Part shown: one piece after another, positions 62,162-64,000 of the stretch
Position numbering within the stretch: the first letter of the stretch is position 1
How the letters are laid out: every line of letters begins with the position of its first letter
From: Amoebidium appalachense
Lineage: Eukaryota; Protista; Ichthyosporea
DNA: 64,000 bases
Direction: 5' to 3'
Assembly: GCA_963693365.1 (NCBI GenBank)
Contig: CAVNZM010000004.1
Location: 7,973,093 to 8,037,092, forward strand
Program-made: the position numbers and the translations under genes
Notes under the pieces: generated by a model
What the model saw: only the letters and a program-made list of their open reading frames with translations
The model's database searches: none
Told to the model about the DNA's origin: nothing

Positions 62162-62494
62162 CTTGGCGTTTCGTCTTCAGTCGAGGTTCCTTATGCTATG
62201 TGTGTGTTCACTGCTCGGTTAGGCAAAACAAAGACAGGACAGGAGGGTCCAAAAAACCGCCTGACGCTTATAGCCTAACTAAACTAGGCTGCTGGAAATT
62301 AAATATTGAATGCACCTTCAAAAAACATGCACATATTTAGATTCCAACAATGTGCAAAACATTAGCTGGAAAGCTTTAGCTGAAAGTAGCCGGCACGTCT
62401 TCGGCAGTACTATGTAGTGTTGTTTGTGACGACAGGCTCGACGCCGCTCCGTGTTTCAGTGTGACACTATTACTGTGCTTTTGAGAGGTACAGA

Positions 62495-62635
62495 TTTAGC
62501 CAATCAAAAGTGTTCACCAATCAAATGACTTGGCGCGGAAATTTGGCGCGCAGTTTTTCCCGGGGTAGCGCCAATCAAATTGGTTCCAAAAATAGCGCTG
62601 TGGCGGCGCCAACGCGCGTGCATTCCCGGCCTCCG
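62495..62635. promoter_or_regulatory. CDC6 promoter: clustered E2F-like sites and CCAAT boxes
   Basis: CCAAT at 62500, 62517 and 62571; ATTGG at 62579; TTGGCGCGGAAA 62530-62541; TTTGGCGCGC 62542-62551; GGCGCCAA 62605-62612. Confidence 0.75.
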
Positions 62636-62745
62636 GTCCCCCCCACCCCCCCCCCCCTTCCTCCCTCCCTCCCTCCTCCGCCACGCACTTTCTCGGTCCG
62701 AGCACTGTGACACATACACATTCTCTCTATTCGATGCTTCCTCTT

Positions 62746-62822
<77 letters not shown>

Positions 62823-64000
62823 CCTCTCCCTCTCTCCCTCTCTCTCTTGCTCTCTCTCCCCCTCCCCCCCCTCTCTCCCTCTGAATCTCTCTTATCCTCT
62901 CTCTCACTCTCCTTCTCGCTCTCCCTCTCTCTCCCTCCCTCCCTCTCTCTCACTCTCCCCCCCTCCCCGTCCCCCCTCCCCGCCCCCCCCCCCCCCCCCC
63001 CCCCCCCTCTTTGTGCGAGATCTCCCCGCCCCTCCCCCCCCCCCCCCCCCCCCCCCCCTCCCCCCGGCCCCAACCTCCTCCCAATTCCTCGAAACCCAGC
63101 CACAGCCCCCAAGACGCATGCCACTTCCCTCACGTAGCCTCTGTGCACCTCCTTCTCCCCACTCCCTCCTTGCTTGCTCCCGTGCCCTCCTTCCTGACCC
63201 GAGTCCTTTGCGACGACGTTCTGCTTGAATGTAAACAGAGTGCATTATGGGCCTTCTTCCGCCCAAGATGCCTCACATGCACCCAATCCCGATTTTGGTG
63301 CTTGTGGGTCAAACTGTCTTGCCCTTTTCCCAGTTTGTTTGCCTCTGGAGGAAAGGCTCTACTACATAGTGCCAGACAAAATATAAATTCAAAGCGTTCA
63401 GTAGCGCTAACGAAAACACGGAAACGCACCGAGCTAAAAGTGTCTGCAGTAATGGAGACCTATTGCATACAAATCCTATACACATGAAACATAGATATAT
63501 GCACGCGCACACACAAAGCACACCAGCAGCATACACAAGATCATATGTATTCCAACTACCGCACAGGTGTGCACAGTCACACATTTTTATGGAAACAGAG
63601 ACTTTGTGATAAACATCTCTACATAGCGCAGTCCACTCGAACGCTTATTCGTGCTCTCCCTTATGTATTCAGTACCTGTTCGACACCTCGGCCTACAGCT
63701 GCAGGGCAGCCCCCCCTCCCCCCCCTCCCCCCCCCTTCCCCCCCCCCCCCCCCCCCAACAACAACAATTCTCTTCCCCTGCCCTCCCCTCCCCCCTCCCC
63801 TCCCCCCCCCTCCCCCCCCTTCCCTTCCCCCCTCCTTCCCCCCTCCCCCCTCCCCCCACACACCCCGGGCGTAGCCTGCCGGTGGTTGCACCGTGCTTCT
63901 CTGTGAGGCCTTACTTGCAGACCCGCAACATTCTATATTTCGTGAGTTTTAATAGCTTAGTACAACCTACCGTAGACAGCTTTCTTACCCCCCCCTCTCC

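Overview
Eukaryotic genomic DNA, saturated with (CA)n/(GT)n, (GA)n and long C/G homopolymer runs. It is probably a protist with E2F-type promoters; that is inference only. Nearly all ORFs in the supplied track are microsatellite artefacts. By walking GT-AG junctions and checking phase I reconstructed four spliced genes and found one intronless gene: a C2H2 zinc-finger protein (-, 895-4300), Nup107 (+, ~10154-31670, ~23 exons), a Pho80/PCL/cyclin-U-type cyclin (-, 34173-40305), an intronless secreted protein with five 6-Cys repeats (-, 49927-51159) and CDC6 (-, 55207-62161). The main finding is a family of short mobile elements with about 15 copies in at least 3 diverged subfamilies. Their 3' ends are fixed, their 5' ends are variable, and they sit in poly-C tracts. 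The longer copies share a ~155-nt RNA fold supported by covariation. It contains a canonical kink-turn and all three strands of a hammerhead ribozyme core (GUU cleavage triplet, GAAA, CUGA[G/U]GA), in an order that is not type I, II or III. This is a candidate pseudoknotted, k-turn-docked hammerhead carried by a poly-C-targeting retroelement, possibly Penelope-like. All structures were deduced by eye and activity is untested.
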